DNA of 64,000 nt from Escherichia coli (GCF_044647545.1 NZ_CP172818.1); one strand, 5' to 3'. Positions 1-13,491 are shown, numbered from the stretch's first letter. Notes: generated by a model not told the origin, from the sequence alone. Numbers and translations are program-made.

Positions 1-350
1 CTGATAAAATCCCAGGTCATGTCATCGGCAAATCCGGGCGTTTCATCCTGTTCGTTCAGGTAATGCCAGAACTGGGAAAAATGCGTGATATCGGCGTACA
101 GCCATTTATCCATTTTCCCCAGCGCATAAATCAAACGCAGCGCAACATCAATATCGTCAAGCGGGCCGCTTTGGGCGAGTAACGGCTTCACTGCATATTC
201 GACGATCTCTTCATCGTTATCGACAAACAGCGACGGCAGAAACTGGCGTATCCCCTGGAGCAAAATAGAATGCGCAGTTTTCATAAATGAAAATAAATTG
301 TCCTGTGCGTCCAGTTGCTCAAGCACATCATCTTCTGTCAGCGTCGCCAT
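1..350 (-). CDS. fumE: FumE/YggD (MtlR-like fumarase E), N-terminal part; gene runs off the window start
   Basis: Minus-strand translation from ATG at 350-348 gives MATLTEDDVLEQLDAQDNLFSF..., consistent with E. coli YggD; synteny with yggF. Confidence 0.8.
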   Translation of the reverse strand, partial: MATLTEDDVLEQLDAQDNLFSFMKTAHSILLQGIRQFLPSLFVDNDEEIVEYAVKPLLAQSGPLDDIDVALRLIYALGKMDKWLYADITHFSQFWHYLNEQDETPGFADDMTWDFI

Positions 351-371
351 TGGTCTTCCGATAGATCACCA

Positions 372-1337
372 TCAATGCAGGGAGTCTATTATATTACACG
401 TTTGGTCCGCGCCGCCGATCAGTAATGTCTGCGTCCGCACCCCATTCGCCGTCTGTTGGATACCGTTCACCAACTCGCCACCCGTCACGCCCGTAGCGCT
501 AAAGAGGATATCGTTCCCCCTCACCAGTTCATCGAGCGAGTACACACGGTTAACGTCAACGCCCATTGCCTTGCAACGCTTGCGCTCCTGCTCTGCAATC
601 TGCCGATTTTCCGTGTAATCCCCTTTAGCCTGACAAAAGTCAATCAGCTGGGCCTGCATATCCCCGCCTAATGCTTTAACGGCACAGGCAGAAATCACGC
701 CTTCTGGCGCACCGCCGATGGTGTACATCACATCGTAAGGATTATCCTGCCAGCAGGTCAGCACGCTGGCGGCGACATCGCCATCCGGCAGAGCGAAAAC
801 CTTCACGCCCAGCTGTGTTGCTTCTTCAATCGCGGCACTCAGGCGCGGTTTATCCAGCGTAACCATGCGCAGCTTGTCCAGCGGTTTGCCTAACGCTTTC
901 GCCACGTTGCGCAGGTTGTCCACCAGTGGCAAAGACAGATCAATCGCGCCCGCCGCCAGCCGATTAACAACCAGTTTTTTCATATACATATCGGGAGCGT
1001 GTAGCAGGCTGCCTCGTGGGGCGAAGGCCATGACTGCCAGCGCATTGCTCTGCCCCATCGCCACCATCCTGGTGCCTTCAATCGGATCAACCGCGATATC
1101 GACTTCTGGCCCATCGCCTTTGCCCACCTCTTCGCCAATCCACAGCATCGGCGCATGGTCAATTTCTCCTTCGCCGATAACCACTCGTCCACGAAAAGCG
1201 ACGTCGTTTAATGCCTGGCGCATCGCGGTGACCGCCAGGCCATCAATTTTATTTTTGTCGCCACATCCGGTTTGCGGCCAGGCAGCCAACGCTGCCTGTT
1301 CCGTAACGCGAAATAATGGCCACGCCAGGGACATCAT
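372..1337 (-). CDS. yggF: Fructose-1,6-bisphosphatase class II paralog YggF
   Basis: 321 aa ORF, GlpX-family sequence, expected position next to yggP/cmtAB. Confidence 0.9.
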   Translation of the reverse strand: MMSLAWPLFRVTEQAALAAWPQTGCGDKNKIDGLAVTAMRQALNDVAFRGRVVIGEGEIDHAPMLWIGEEVGKGDGPEVDIAVDPIEGTRMVAMGQSNALAVMAFAPRGSLLHAPDMYMKKLVVNRLAAGAIDLSLPLVDNLRNVAKALGKPLDKLRMVTLDKPRLSAAIEEATQLGVKVFALPDGDVAASVLTCWQDNPYDVMYTIGGAPEGVISACAVKALGGDMQAQLIDFCQAKGDYTENRQIAEQERKRCKAMGVDVNRVYSLDELVRGNDILFSATGVTGGELVNGIQQTANGVRTQTLLIGGADQTCNIIDSLH

Positions 1338-2611
1338 TGCGCGGCCTCCCCGATATCAACGCCAAATTGCGCCAGCAGATATTTCTCGGCCTGCTCATTC
1401 CAGATGCCGTGCGTTTCCTCAACCAGCCGCGCCAACTCTTTAAACAGCGGATCGGTTTTGCCTTTTTCGGCAAAATCGGCAATGGCAGTGAGCGGCATGG
1501 TCACGCCGTTATAAATGAGTTTTTTACCGCCTGGGATATCCGGCAGATTGAGCACGGTTTCTGGCACCGCATCCAGGCCACCAATATGGGTCACCATAAA
1601 CGACGGCTGTAACTGCCCCGTGGCGCTAAGGGCAATCGCCTCTTTCATGTCGTCCGTTGAACCGCCAGATGTACCGACGACGTGCGTGCTGTTGTAATGG
1701 ACGTTGTAGAAATTAAACGGCACTTTGAAGTTTTTATCCGTCGGCCCGGCAAAGAAGTTCAGGCAGCCATCTTCCGCCAGTAATTCGTCAGCCATCTCAA
1801 CGACAGCAGGCACCGCCGCATAAACAAAAATGTCATCGAACCCGACATCTCCTGTCAGCGCCCGCAGCTTCTGTACCGGATCGCTCATCCCTTTGGTATT
1901 CACATACACCAGCTCAATGCCTTTACTGGCCGCCAGCTCCACCGGCAGCAGCTTCTGTACCTGCGCCAGGCGTTTGTCGTCGATATCGACCACCACCACC
2001 CGCGACGGTTGTATACCGCCGTTAATGGCGTAATCGATAGCGCCAATGCCCATTGGGCCAGCACACGCCAGCAGTGCAATATTGCCGCCAGGTTTGACGC
2101 CCATGCGATGCTCATAAACATATTGCGTGGTGTGATAATTGGCATGATAAGCGCCAATAATGCAGCACATAGGCTCTGCCAGCGACGCCGCAGCAAAATA
2201 AGAGCCGTGATAGGGTAATACGCAGCCCAGGTTAATGGCGATCTCGGGAATAATCATATAGGTGGCGTTACCGCCAAAATATTCGTAGCTGTAGCCCGCT
2301 GAATATCCGCCTGGTAACCCCATCGCCGGTTGCAATACAAAACGCTGGCCTTTTTTATATTTGTCGGTGAGATTTTTACCCACTTCAACAATAACCCCGG
2401 CACATTCATGCCCGGTAATGACCGGATGATTTTCTAAATCGTCGGGTACGCGTTTATGTTCACTACCGAGTAACGCCGCTTTCTAGGTCGATAAACAGAC
2501 GCTGTCAGAAATTACACTCACTAACAGTTCATTATCGGTAATTTCTGGCAGTTCAAATTCGCGCAGACGGACATCCCGCTTGCCATAAATAGCAGCAACT
2601 TTGGTTTTCAT
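1334..2611 (-). pseudogene. yggP: Putative zinc-type dehydrogenase YggP interrupted by an in-frame amber codon (TAG at 2483-2485 on the coding strand)
   Basis: Reading frame from ATG at 2611 (MKTKVAAIYGKRDVRL...SVCLST*) stops at TAG, then continues in the same frame as the 349 aa ORF 1334-2383; total length 425 codons as in K-12 yggP. Confidence 0.75.
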
Positions 2612-2625
2612 TTTTACCTCTGTAA

Positions 2626-4014
2626 TCAGTGTTTATGTTCGGCGGTTAATTGATTAAATAAAGTGTCGAGTTTGGGATCGCCAATATAGTTATTAATCAG
2701 TATCAGCGGTTTATCCGTCACACGTTTCACGCGCCCTTCCAGACTAGCGTGAGTAACGACGATATCCGCATCCGCAGGCACGTTTTCTATCGCGTAATGT
2801 TTTACTTCAATTGCCAGCCCCGCTTTTTCCAGGCGTTTACGGAAGGTGGTTGCGCCCATCGCGCTGGAGCCCATCCCCGCATCGCAAACAAAGGCGATAC
2901 GCTTAACTCTGCTTAGCGAGAATGCACCCTCTTGTTTCATCGCCTTAACCGCATTGGCTGACTGAGCAAACTCATCTTCGCTCTCCGTTTCCACCGTTTT
3001 TTCCATCTTCAGTATCAGCGAAGTGATAGCAAAGGACACCAGGGTACCTACCGTAACACCAGCAATTGTCGCCAGGAATGAGCCTTTCGGCGTCAGCGCC
3101 AGGTAAGCAAAGATAGACCCCGGACTTGGGCCAGCCACCAGACCACCGTCCAGTAAGTTAAACATCCAGGTGCCAGACATACCGCCCGCAATCATGGCAA
3201 TAATGGTCAGCGGCTTCATCAGCACATATGGGAAATACAGTTCGTGGATCCCACCGAGGAAGTGAATAATCATCGCCCCGGGCGCAGAACGTTTACTCAT
3301 CCCTTTACCAAACAAGGTAAACGCCAGCAGCAGCCCCAGGCCCGGACCTGGGTTAGAGGCCACCATAAAGAAGATGGATTTACCGTTAACCGAAGCCTGT
3401 TGCATTCCCAGCGGATAATAGACGCCCTGATCGATCGCATTATTAAGGAAAAGCACTTTCGCCGGTTCATTGATGACTGACAGCAGAGGCAGATAACCCG
3501 CATGTACCAGCGCCTCAATACACTCTTTGACGAAAGTATTGGCAATTAACACCGCCGGGCCGATCACTTCAAAACCCAGCAGACAAAGGAGCATCCCCGC
3601 GATACCTAATGAGAAGTTATTGATAACCATCTCAAAACCAGCAGGTATGCGTTTTTCCAGTGCCTTATCGACATATTTTATGACCAGCCCACCGAGCGGC
3701 CCCATAATCATTGAGCCAAGGAACATCGGGATCTCTGCGCCGACGATCACACCAATAGTACCAATTCCGCCCATGACCGCGCCGCGTTTACCGCCGACCA
3801 GATGACCACCGGTAGAACCAATCATCACGGGCAATAAATAGGTAATCATCGGGCCGACAATTTTGGCGAAATGTTCGTTAGGCAGCCAACCGGTGGGAAT
3901 AAATAACGCAGTAATAAAACCCCAGGCAATAAAAGCACCAATATTGGGGATGACCATTGCAGTCAAAAAGCCCCCAAAAGCCTGGACCTTTGCACGAGCA
4001 GACTTGTTTTCCAT
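2626..4014 (-). CDS. cmtA: Cryptic mannitol-type PTS enzyme IICB
   Basis: 462 aa ORF, PTS EIIC/EIIB sequence, synteny. Confidence 0.92.
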   Translation of the reverse strand: MENKSARAKVQAFGGFLTAMVIPNIGAFIAWGFITALFIPTGWLPNEHFAKIVGPMITYLLPVMIGSTGGHLVGGKRGAVMGGIGTIGVIVGAEIPMFLGSMIMGPLGGLVIKYVDKALEKRIPAGFEMVINNFSLGIAGMLLCLLGFEVIGPAVLIANTFVKECIEALVHAGYLPLLSVINEPAKVLFLNNAIDQGVYYPLGMQQASVNGKSIFFMVASNPGPGLGLLLAFTLFGKGMSKRSAPGAMIIHFLGGIHELYFPYVLMKPLTIIAMIAGGMSGTWMFNLLDGGLVAGPSPGSIFAYLALTPKGSFLATIAGVTVGTLVSFAITSLILKMEKTVETESEDEFAQSANAVKAMKQEGAFSLSRVKRIAFVCDAGMGSSAMGATTFRKRLEKAGLAIEVKHYAIENVPADADIVVTHASLEGRVKRVTDKPLILINNYIGDPKLDTLFNQLTAEHKH

Positions 4015-4041
4015 AATATTATCCTGTAGAGGAGAGAGTAA

Positions 4042-4485
4042 TTATCCGCGGCTGATAATGTCCGCTAATTGTTTTTCTGATGATGCTGTTAAGAGTTGTT
4101 CGAGTATTTCTTCTTCGCACAGTAATTCACTTAACGCCTGAATAGCGCCAATGTGCGAATCGGCATCGGCAGCAGAGAGTCCGATGAGTAATTTAATTGG
4201 TTCGTCATTCCCCGGAAAATAAACACCTTGTTCAAGTAATGTCAAAGACATCCCGGTTTTAAGCGCCCCACATTCCGGTCGCGCATGAGGCATTGCCACG
4301 CCTGGTGCGAGAATATAATAAGGGCCATTGTTAATGGTGGAATCTTTAATTGCCTGAATGTAATTCTCGCTGATATAGTTTTTATCCAGCAATGATACCA
4401 TCGAGAAATCGATAGCTTCCTGCCAATCTTTTGCTGAATGTATAACTGAGATTGATGATTCTGGAAAATAATCACTAAGCCGCAT
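4042..4485 (-). CDS. cmtB: Cryptic mannitol-type PTS enzyme IIA
   Basis: 147 aa ORF, PTS EIIA-type sequence, directly upstream of cmtA. Confidence 0.9.
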   Translation of the reverse strand: MRLSDYFPESSISVIHSAKDWQEAIDFSMVSLLDKNYISENYIQAIKDSTINNGPYYILAPGVAMPHARPECGALKTGMSLTLLEQGVYFPGNDEPIKLLIGLSAADADSHIGAIQALSELLCEEEILEQLLTASSEKQLADIISRG

Positions 4486-4839
4486 AAATTATCCTTATTT
4501 TATTTTTAGGGTACCGTCCGGCGGTAAAAATAAAATACTCGTGCGGTTTAATGAAAGCAATTGAGAAGAAAAACCCCATAAACCAAAATAATAAAACCTT
4601 AAATAACAACAATATGAAATTGATATTTTTAAAGTCAACTTTGTATTTGTTATATTTATCACAAAATCAACATTTTGTTTGTTATTGTATTTGTGATGCA
4701 TATCTCTATTTATTTATTGAATGTTCGAAAACATACTTTTCTAATGCAATGTTTTTTCGCTATACCCCTTTATAGATTCTGAATTCTCACCTGTCGGCTA
4801 TTTTCTCCTTACCTCATGTGACATATTCCCCATTTTACT

Positions 4840-5320
4840 CAAAAAAAATTTATATAAAAGCACCTTTTTCATAAACCTTATTTCCCCCAAAAAAATCTTT
4901 TTTTATCCCTTTGGGCGTTTTTCCTGTTTTTTCCCCCTTTTTTTCTTTTTTACCCCTTAAAAAAAGGAACGCGGCATTTTTTTGCCCTACGAAAAAATCG
5001 TAAAATTTGCCGAGCCGGGTCTGGGTTTTAAGATCCCGTTTTTGAAAAGGGGAAAAAAATTTCCACCCGTAATAAGGCGGGGGTTTATCAGGGATTAAAG
5101 CCTTCAACCCCCCACCAGAAACCGGCAAAAAAAAAAATTGAGTGAGCTTCCACATAAAAAATTCAGAAAAAGGCGCGGTTTATACCACCTACAACACCAT
5201 TGAAGCATTAAAAGATCGTCTGATTGTCCGTCAGTTGCCAACTCAACTGGAGAATTCCCATATACATACAACTACAAAACAACAAACATAAACAAAACCC
5301 ACAAAAAAAAATATCTCTAA
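4840..5320. other. Low-complexity, homopolymer-rich non-coding block in the cmtB-tktA intergenic space
   Basis: Runs of A8-A11, T7-T9, C5-C6, G5; no ORF support; spacer is about 890 bp, which I recall as much shorter in K-12. Confidence 0.6.
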
Positions 5321-5323
5321 AGT

Positions 5324-5349
5324 AATAAAAAGGGCCGCTTTCGCGGCCC
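5324..5349 (-). terminator. Rho-independent terminator downstream of tktA
   Basis: GGGCCGC-GAAA-GCGGCCC hairpin followed by T-run on the minus strand, just past the tktA stop. Confidence 0.75.
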
Positions 5350-5371
5350 TTCTCACAAAGCATCTTACCGA

Positions 5372-7363
5372 TTACAGCAGTTCTTTTGCTTTCGCAACAA
5401 CGTTGTCAACGGTGAAGCCGAACTCTTCAAACAGCAGCTCTGCCGGAGCAGATTCACCGAAGGTGGTCATGCCGACGATAGCACCGTTCAGGCCAACATA
5501 CTTGTACCAGTAGTCAGCAATACCCGCTTCCACCGCAACGCGTGCAGTAACCGCTTTCGGCAGGACGGATTCACGGTAAGCCGCATCCTGCTTGTCGAAT
5601 GCATCGGTAGACGGCATGGAAACCACGCGCGCCTTCACGCCTTCGGCAGTCAGTTTTTCGTAGGCAGCAACCGCCAGTTCAACTTCCGAACCGGTCGCGA
5701 TGAAGATCAGTTCCGGCTGACCGGCACAGTCTTTCAGCACATAACCACCGCGCGCGATGTTTGCCAGCTGCTCTTCAGTACGCTCCTGCTGCGCCAGGTT
5801 CTGACGGGAGAGGATAAGCGCAGTCGGGCCGTCCTGACGCTCAACGCCGTATTTCCATGCCACTGCAGATTCAACCTGGTCACACGGACGCCATGTAGAC
5901 ATGTTCGGGGTCACGCGCAGTGAAGCGACCTGCTCAACCGGCTGGTGAGTCGGGCCATCTTCGCCCAGACCGATGGAGTCGTGGGTGTAAACCATCACCT
6001 GACGCTGTTTCATCAGCGCAGCCATACGTACGGCGTTACGTGCGTATTCCACGAACATCAGGAAGGTGGAGGTGTACGGCAGGAAGCCACCGTGCAGGGA
6101 GATACCGTTAGCAATCGCGGTCATACCGAACTCGCGAACACCGTAGTGGATGTAGTTACCCGCAACATCTTCGTTGATTGCTTTAGAACCAGACCACAGG
6201 GTCAGGTTAGACGGTGCCAGGTCAGCAGAGCCGCCGAGGAATTCCGGCAACAGCGGGCCGAACGCTTCAATCGCATTCTGAGACGCTTTACGGCTGGCGA
6301 TTTTCGCCGGATTAGCCTGCAGTTTAGCGATGAATTCTTTCGCTTTGGCATCGAAGTCAGACGGCATTTCGCCTTTCATACGGCGGGTAAATTCAGCGGC
6401 TTCCTGCGGATAAGCTTTCGCGTAAGCAGCGAATTTCTCGTTCCATGCGGATTCTTTCGCCTGGCCTGCTTCTTTCGCATCCCACTGAGCATAGATTTCA
6501 GACGGGATTTCGAACGGTGCATATTTCCAGCCCAGCTGTTCGCGGGTCAGGGCAATTTCAGCGTCGCCCAGCGGCGCACCGTGGGAGTCGTGCGTACCGG
6601 CTTTGTTCGGTGAACCGAAACCGATGATGGTTTTGCACATCAGCAGGGACGGTTTGTCAGTCACTGCGCGCGCTTCTTCTACTGCGCGTTTGATGGATGC
6701 CGCGTCATGACCGTCGATGCCGCGAATAACGTGCCAGCCGTAAGCTTCGAAACGCATTGCGGTGTCGTCGGTGAACCAGCCTTCAACGTGACCATCGATA
6801 GAGATACCGTTGTCATCGTAGAACGCAATCAGTTTACCCAGCTTCAGCGTACCCGCCAGAGAACAAACTTCGTGGGAGATGCCTTCCATCATGCAGCCGT
6901 CGCCCATGAAGGCGTAGGTGTAGTGGTCGACGATGTCGTGGCCCGGACGGTTAAACTGCGCCGCCAGCGTTTTTTCTGCAATCGCCATACCGACTGCGTT
7001 GGCAATACCCTGACCCAGCGGACCTGTAGTGGTTTCCACGCCAGCGGTGTAACCCACTTCCGGGTGGCCCGGAGTTTTAGAGTGCAGCTGACGGAAGTTT
7101 TTCAGTTCTTCCATCGGCAGATCGTAACCGGTGAGGTGCAGCAGGCTGTAGATCAGCATGGAGCCGTGGCCGTTGGACAGCACGAAGCGGTCACGGTCAG
7201 CCCAGGACGGATTCTGCGGGTTGTGTTTCAGGAAATCACGCCACAGGACTTCGGCAATGTCAGCCATACCCATAGGGGCACCCGGGTGACCGGATTTGGC
7301 TTTCTGTACTGCGTCCATGCTCAGCGCACGAATAGCATTGGCAAGCTCTTTACGTGAGGACAT
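5372..7363 (-). CDS. tktA: Transketolase 1
   Basis: ORF 5372-7393; start placed at [14 protein letters not shown] (ATG 7363-7361), 663 aa. Confidence 0.95.
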   Translation of the reverse strand: MSSRKELANAIRALSMDAVQKAKSGHPGAPMGMADIAEVLWRDFLKHNPQNPSWADRDRFVLSNGHGSMLIYSLLHLTGYDLPMEELKNFRQLHSKTPGHPEVGYTAGVETTTGPLGQGIANAVGMAIAEKTLAAQFNRPGHDIVDHYTYAFMGDGCMMEGISHEVCSLAGTLKLGKLIAFYDDNGISIDGHVEGWFTDDTAMRFEAYGWHVIRGIDGHDAASIKRAVEEARAVTDKPSLLMCKTIIGFGSPNKAGTHDSHGAPLGDAEIALTREQLGWKYAPFEIPSEIYAQWDAKEAGQAKESAWNEKFAAYAKAYPQEAAEFTRRMKGEMPSDFDAKAKEFIAKLQANPAKIASRKASQNAIEAFGPLLPEFLGGSADLAPSNLTLWSGSKAINEDVAGNYIHYGVREFGMTAIANGISLHGGFLPYTSTFLMFVEYARNAVRMAALMKQRQVMVYTHDSIGLGEDGPTHQPVEQVASLRVTPNMSTWRPCDQVESAVAWKYGVERQDGPTALILSRQNLAQQERTEEQLANIARGGYVLKDCAGQPELIFIATGSEVELAVAAYEKLTAEGVKARVVSMPSTDAFDKQDAAYRESVLPKAVTARVAVEAGIADYWYKYVGLNGAIVGMTTFGESAPAELLFEEFGFTVDNVVAKAKELL

Positions 7364-7640
7364 TTTGACTCCAGATCGGATGATGAAGGGCACGCCCTTA
7401 ACGACTTGACGACAGCGCGTTTTGGGCTACGCCGGAAAATTTGCCAACAATTTACCGCAAGCCGCGCGTCATGTACATGGAACATCCTTTTGCCGCTTCA
7501 GAAATCTCTGGATCATGCTCGCATGTTGCGCAATCTGCTCGCCCGTCCGCTGCGCTTTTCCTTATACTGAGACTGAGCGTCGATTCACCTGCAAACGGCG
7601 CATTTTTAGAATAATCCTGACCTTGTGCGGAAGAGAAAAC

Positions 7641-8399
7641 ATGAAAATTCGCGCCTTATTGGTAGCAATGAGCGTGGCAACGGTACTGACCGGTTGCCAG
7701 AATATGGACTCCAACGGACTGCTCTCATCAGGAGCGGAAGCTTTTCAGGCTTACAGTTTGAGTGATGCGCAGGTGAAAACCCTGAGCGATCAGGCATGTC
7801 AGGAGATGGACAGCAAGGCGACGATTGCGCCAGCCAATAGCGAATACGCTAAACGTCTGACAACTATTGCCAATGCGCTAGGCAACAATATCAACGGTCA
7901 GCCGGTGAATTACAAAGTGTATATGGCGAAGGATGTGAACGCCTTTGCAATGGCTAACGGCTGTATCCGCGTCTATAGCGGGCTGATGGATATGATGACG
8001 GATAACGAAGTCGAAGCGGTGATCGGTCACGAGATGGGGCACGTAGCGTTGGGCCATGTGAAAAAAGGGATGCAGGTGGCACTTGGTACAAATGCCGTAC
8101 GAGTAGCTGCGGCCTCTGCGGGCGGGATTGTCGGCAGTTTATCTCAATCACAACTCGGTGATCTGGGCGAGAAATTAGTTAATTCGCAATTCTCCCAGCG
8201 CCAGGAAGCAGAAGCCGATGATTATTCTTACGATCTTCTGCGCCAACGCGGCATCAGCCCGGCAGGTCTTGCCACCAGCTTTGAAAAACTGGCGAAGCTG
8301 GAAGAAGGCCGTCAAAGCTCAATGTTTGACGACCATCCAGCATCCGCCGAACGCGCCCAGCATATTCGCGATCGTATGAGCGCGGATGGAGTTAAGTAA
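7641..8399 (+). CDS. loiP: Outer-membrane lipoprotein metalloprotease LoiP (YggG), M48 family
   Basis: Start at MKIRALLVAMSVATVLTGC (lipobox); HEMGH zinc motif in translation; 252 aa. Confidence 0.9.
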   Translation: MKIRALLVAMSVATVLTGCQNMDSNGLLSSGAEAFQAYSLSDAQVKTLSDQACQEMDSKATIAPANSEYAKRLTTIANALGNNINGQPVNYKVYMAKDVNAFAMANGCIRVYSGLMDMMTDNEVEAVIGHEMGHVALGHVKKGMQVALGTNAVRVAAASAGGIVGSLSQSQLGDLGEKLVNSQFSQRQEAEADDYSYDLLRQRGISPAGLATSFEKLAKLEEGRQSSMFDDHPASAERAQHIRDRMSADGVK

Positions 8400-8441
8400 T
8401 TTATTACGCCGGATTTGACGCATAACGCATCTTATCCGGGC

Positions 8442-9362
8442 TTACTCGCCCTTTTTCGCCGCCTGAATATACAGCATTTCCAGCGCCAGCGTCGCCGCAG
8501 CCAGAGCGGTGATTTCCGACTGATCGTATGCCGGAGCCACTTCCACTACGTCCATCCCAACAATGTTGAGATCTTTCAGGCCGCGTACCAGTTTAATAGC
8601 GCGATCGGAGGTCAGGCCGCCAATTACTGGCGTACCTGTTCCCGGCGCGAAAGCAGGATCCAGGCAGTCGATATCAAAGGTCAGGTAAACCGGCATATCA
8701 CCTACAATCTGTTTCACCTGAGCGATAACGTCATCCACGCTGCGATCGTTCACCTGGCAGGCGTCCAGCACGGTAAAACCGTTGTCTTTATCAAACTCGG
8801 TACGAATACCAATCTGCACGGAATGATTCGGGTCGATCAGACCTTCTTTCGGCGCGGTATAGAACATGGTGCCGTGGTCAAATTCACAACCGTTAGCGTA
8901 GGTATCGGTGTGGGCGTCAAAGTGTACCAGCGCCATTTTACCGAAATGCTTCGCATGAGCACGCAGCAGCGGCAGCGTAACAAAGTGGTCACCACCGAAG
9001 GAGAGCATACGCTTACCGGCAGCCAGCAGCTTCTCGGCGTGCGCCTGCAGCTTCTCGCTCATCTCACGGGCATCTCCGAAGGCATATACCAGATCGCCGC
9101 AGTCCACGACGTTCAGGCGCTCACGCATGTCGAAATTCCACGGGAAGCGATTGTGTTCCCAGGCCAGATTCGTCGAAACCTGACGGATCGCTGCCGGACC
9201 GTGGCGACCACCCGCACGACCAGAAGTGGCCATATCGAACGGCACGCCAGTAATCACCCAGTCAGCATCGCTGTCATATGGCTGGAAGTTCATCGGCAGG
9301 CGTAAAAAACCAAAGGCGTTGGAAACCAGTGAGTTATCGTATTGATGACCTAAGGTGCTCAT
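8442..9362 (-). CDS. speB: Agmatinase
   Basis: 306 aa ORF, arginase-family sequence, directly downstream of speA. Confidence 0.95.
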   Translation of the reverse strand: MSTLGHQYDNSLVSNAFGFLRLPMNFQPYDSDADWVITGVPFDMATSGRAGGRHGPAAIRQVSTNLAWEHNRFPWNFDMRERLNVVDCGDLVYAFGDAREMSEKLQAHAEKLLAAGKRMLSFGGDHFVTLPLLRAHAKHFGKMALVHFDAHTDTYANGCEFDHGTMFYTAPKEGLIDPNHSVQIGIRTEFDKDNGFTVLDACQVNDRSVDDVIAQVKQIVGDMPVYLTFDIDCLDPAFAPGTGTPVIGGLTSDRAIKLVRGLKDLNIVGMDVVEVAPAYDQSEITALAAATLALEMLYIQAAKKGE

Positions 9363-9390
9363 GGATGGACTCCTATTACAAAGTCGATAT

Positions 9391-9430
9391 AAAAAAACCC
9401 TTCCGCGTCGTTAGGCCCGACGAGGAAGGG
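9391..9430 (-). terminator. Rho-independent terminator/attenuator between speA and speB
   Basis: Inverted repeat CCCTTCC(G/T)CGTCG with 7 nt loop followed by T7 on the minus strand. Confidence 0.6.
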
Positions 9431-9528
9431 TTGGATTTGCGAAACACAAGTATGCGCTAATTATCGCCTTAAATGAAAAGAGGGCCGCATCAAGGACTAA
9501 CACAGGTCCCATACCACCAAACTCCAAC

Positions 9529-11542
<2,014 letters not shown>

Positions 11543-11550
11543 AGCGAACC

Positions 11551-11682
11551 TCAAATTATTTTATTAAGTGTAAAACAGTTAACGACTATCGCAGCCTGGA
11601 ACTGCGATAACAACCCATAAGCACATGGATTTTCCAGCAGTGAATGCTGACGCTCCAACTGCGCAACCGGTTTCTTTTTCAT
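11551..11682 (-). CDS. yqgB: Small protein YqgB (43 aa) upstream of speA
   Basis: Minus-strand translation [43 protein letters not shown]. Confidence 0.7.
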
Positions 11683-11817
11683 AACATTATTAAGCACATA
11701 ACCGAACGTAAGTGTGACAGTTCGGCGAAACCACGAGAAAACTCTTGTTTTTACAAGAGCGCCCTTGTTCAGTCCTCAGTAACTGTAACCAGCTCTTGAA
11801 TCCTGAGAAGCGCCGAG

Positions 11818-12033
11818 ATGGGTATAACATCGGCAGGTATGCAAAGCAGAGATGCAGAGTGCGGGGAACGAATCTTCACCAGAACGGTGAGACAGGTTAA
11901 GCAGCAGACAACGGTTCATTATTTCGTATCACCTCCACGGCCGCCTGTTAAGACGAACCCACAAGCCAAAACTCTGATTTCAACCCGGCTGGAAGTGGCA
12001 ACACGAAAGAAACGTCGTGTGCTTTTTATTTAA
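11818..12033 (+). CDS. yqgC: Small uncharacterised ORF YqgC (71 aa)
   Basis: ORF in expected position between speA and metK; recognition from memory only. Confidence 0.4.
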
Positions 12034-12296
12034 GCCGCGCGCCGCGTTTTATACCCCACAATGGCAGAAAATTGCAAAAGATAAATACGCAGAATGCCAG
12101 CATTGTCAGGAAAAATTTCCAGCCACGTTTTTAAAAGAATGAGACACGATTCAAAAAAAAGTGGAAATCGGGTGAAGAATTGACCTAAAATAGCCATCCA
12201 GATGTTAATCCATCCATACCGATTAACACTCAGACTGCCAGTGTTTTTAACCTGCAGAGTCGTGGTAGGATCCGCTACCACAGAAAATCCACACAA
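12030..12296 (-). CDS. yqgD: Small uncharacterised ORF, possibly YqgD
   Basis: 88 aa ORF overlapping the metK upstream region; weak. Confidence 0.3.
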
Positions 12297-12336
12297 CAGT
12301 TTGAGCTAACCAAATTCTCTTTAGGTGATATTAAAT

Positions 12337-13491
12337 ATGGCAAAACACCTTTTTACGTCCGAGTCCGTCTCTGAAGGGCATCCTGACAAAATTGCTGACC
12401 AAATCTCTGATGCCGTTTTAGACGCGATCCTCGAACAGGATCCGAAAGCACGCGTTGCTTGCGAAACCTACGTAAAAACCGGCATGGTTTTAGTTGGCGG
12501 CGAAATCACCACCAGCGCCTGGGTAGACATCGAAGAGATCACCCGTAACACCGTTCGCGAAATTGGCTATGTACATTCCGACATGGGCTTTGACGCTAAC
12601 TCCTGTGCGGTTCTGAGCGCTATCGGCAAACAGTCTCCTGACATCAACCAGGGCGTTGACCGTGCCGATCCGCTGGAACAGGGCGCGGGTGACCAGGGTC
12701 TGATGTTTGGCTACGCAACCAATGAAACCGACGTGCTGATGCCAGCGCCTATCACCTATGCACACCGTCTGGTACAGCGTCAGGCTGAAGTGCGTAAAAA
12801 CGGCACTCTGCCGTGGCTGCGCCCGGACGCGAAAAGCCAGGTGACTTTCCAGTATGACGACGGCAAAATCGTTGGTATCGATGCTGTCGTGCTTTCCACT
12901 CAGCACTCTGAAGAAATCGACCAGAAATCGCTGCAAGAAGCGGTAATGGAAGAGATCATCAAGCCGATTCTGCCGGCTGAATGGCTGACTTCTGCCACCA
13001 AATTCTTCATCAACCCGACCGGTCGTTTTGTTATCGGTGGCCCGATGGGTGACTGCGGTCTGACTGGTCGTAAAATTATCGTTGATACCTACGGCGGCAT
13101 GGCACGTCACGGTGGTGGTGCATTCTCTGGTAAAGATCCATCAAAAGTGGACCGTTCCGCAGCGTACGCAGCACGTTATGTCGCGAAAAACATCGTTGCT
13201 GCTGGCCTGGCCGATCGTTGTGAAATTCAGGTTTCCTACGCAATCGGCGTGGCTGAACCGACCTCTATCATGGTGGAAACTTTCGGTACCGAGAAAGTGC
13301 CTTCTGAACAACTGACTCTGCTGGTACGTGAGTTCTTTGACCTGCGTCCATACGGTCTGATTCAGATGCTGGATCTGCTGCACCCGATCTACAAAGAAAC
13401 CGCAGCATACGGTCACTTTGGTCGCGAACATTTCCCGTGGGAAAAAACCGACAAAGCGCAGCTGCTGCGCGATGCTGCCGGTCTGAAGTAA
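12337..13491 (+). CDS. metK: S-adenosylmethionine synthetase
   Basis: Start at [18 protein letters not shown]; 384 aa. Confidence 0.97.

Noticed and set aside
4850-5155. 101 aa minus-strand ORF in the cmtB-tktA spacer
   Set aside because: Lies wholly within homopolymer-rich low-complexity sequence; lysine/glycine/phenylalanine-rich translation with no family resemblance.
5945-7357. Long plus-strand ORFs (222 and 216 aa) inside tktA
   Set aside because: Antisense shadow ORFs of a GC-rich, highly conserved gene; the minus-strand frame encodes full-length transketolase.
12200-12336. Possible SAM riboswitch or Met-box operator upstream of metK
   Set aside because: Enterobacterial metK is regulated by MetJ rather than a SAM riboswitch, and I could not find convincing AGACGTCT Met-box repeats by eye in this stretch.
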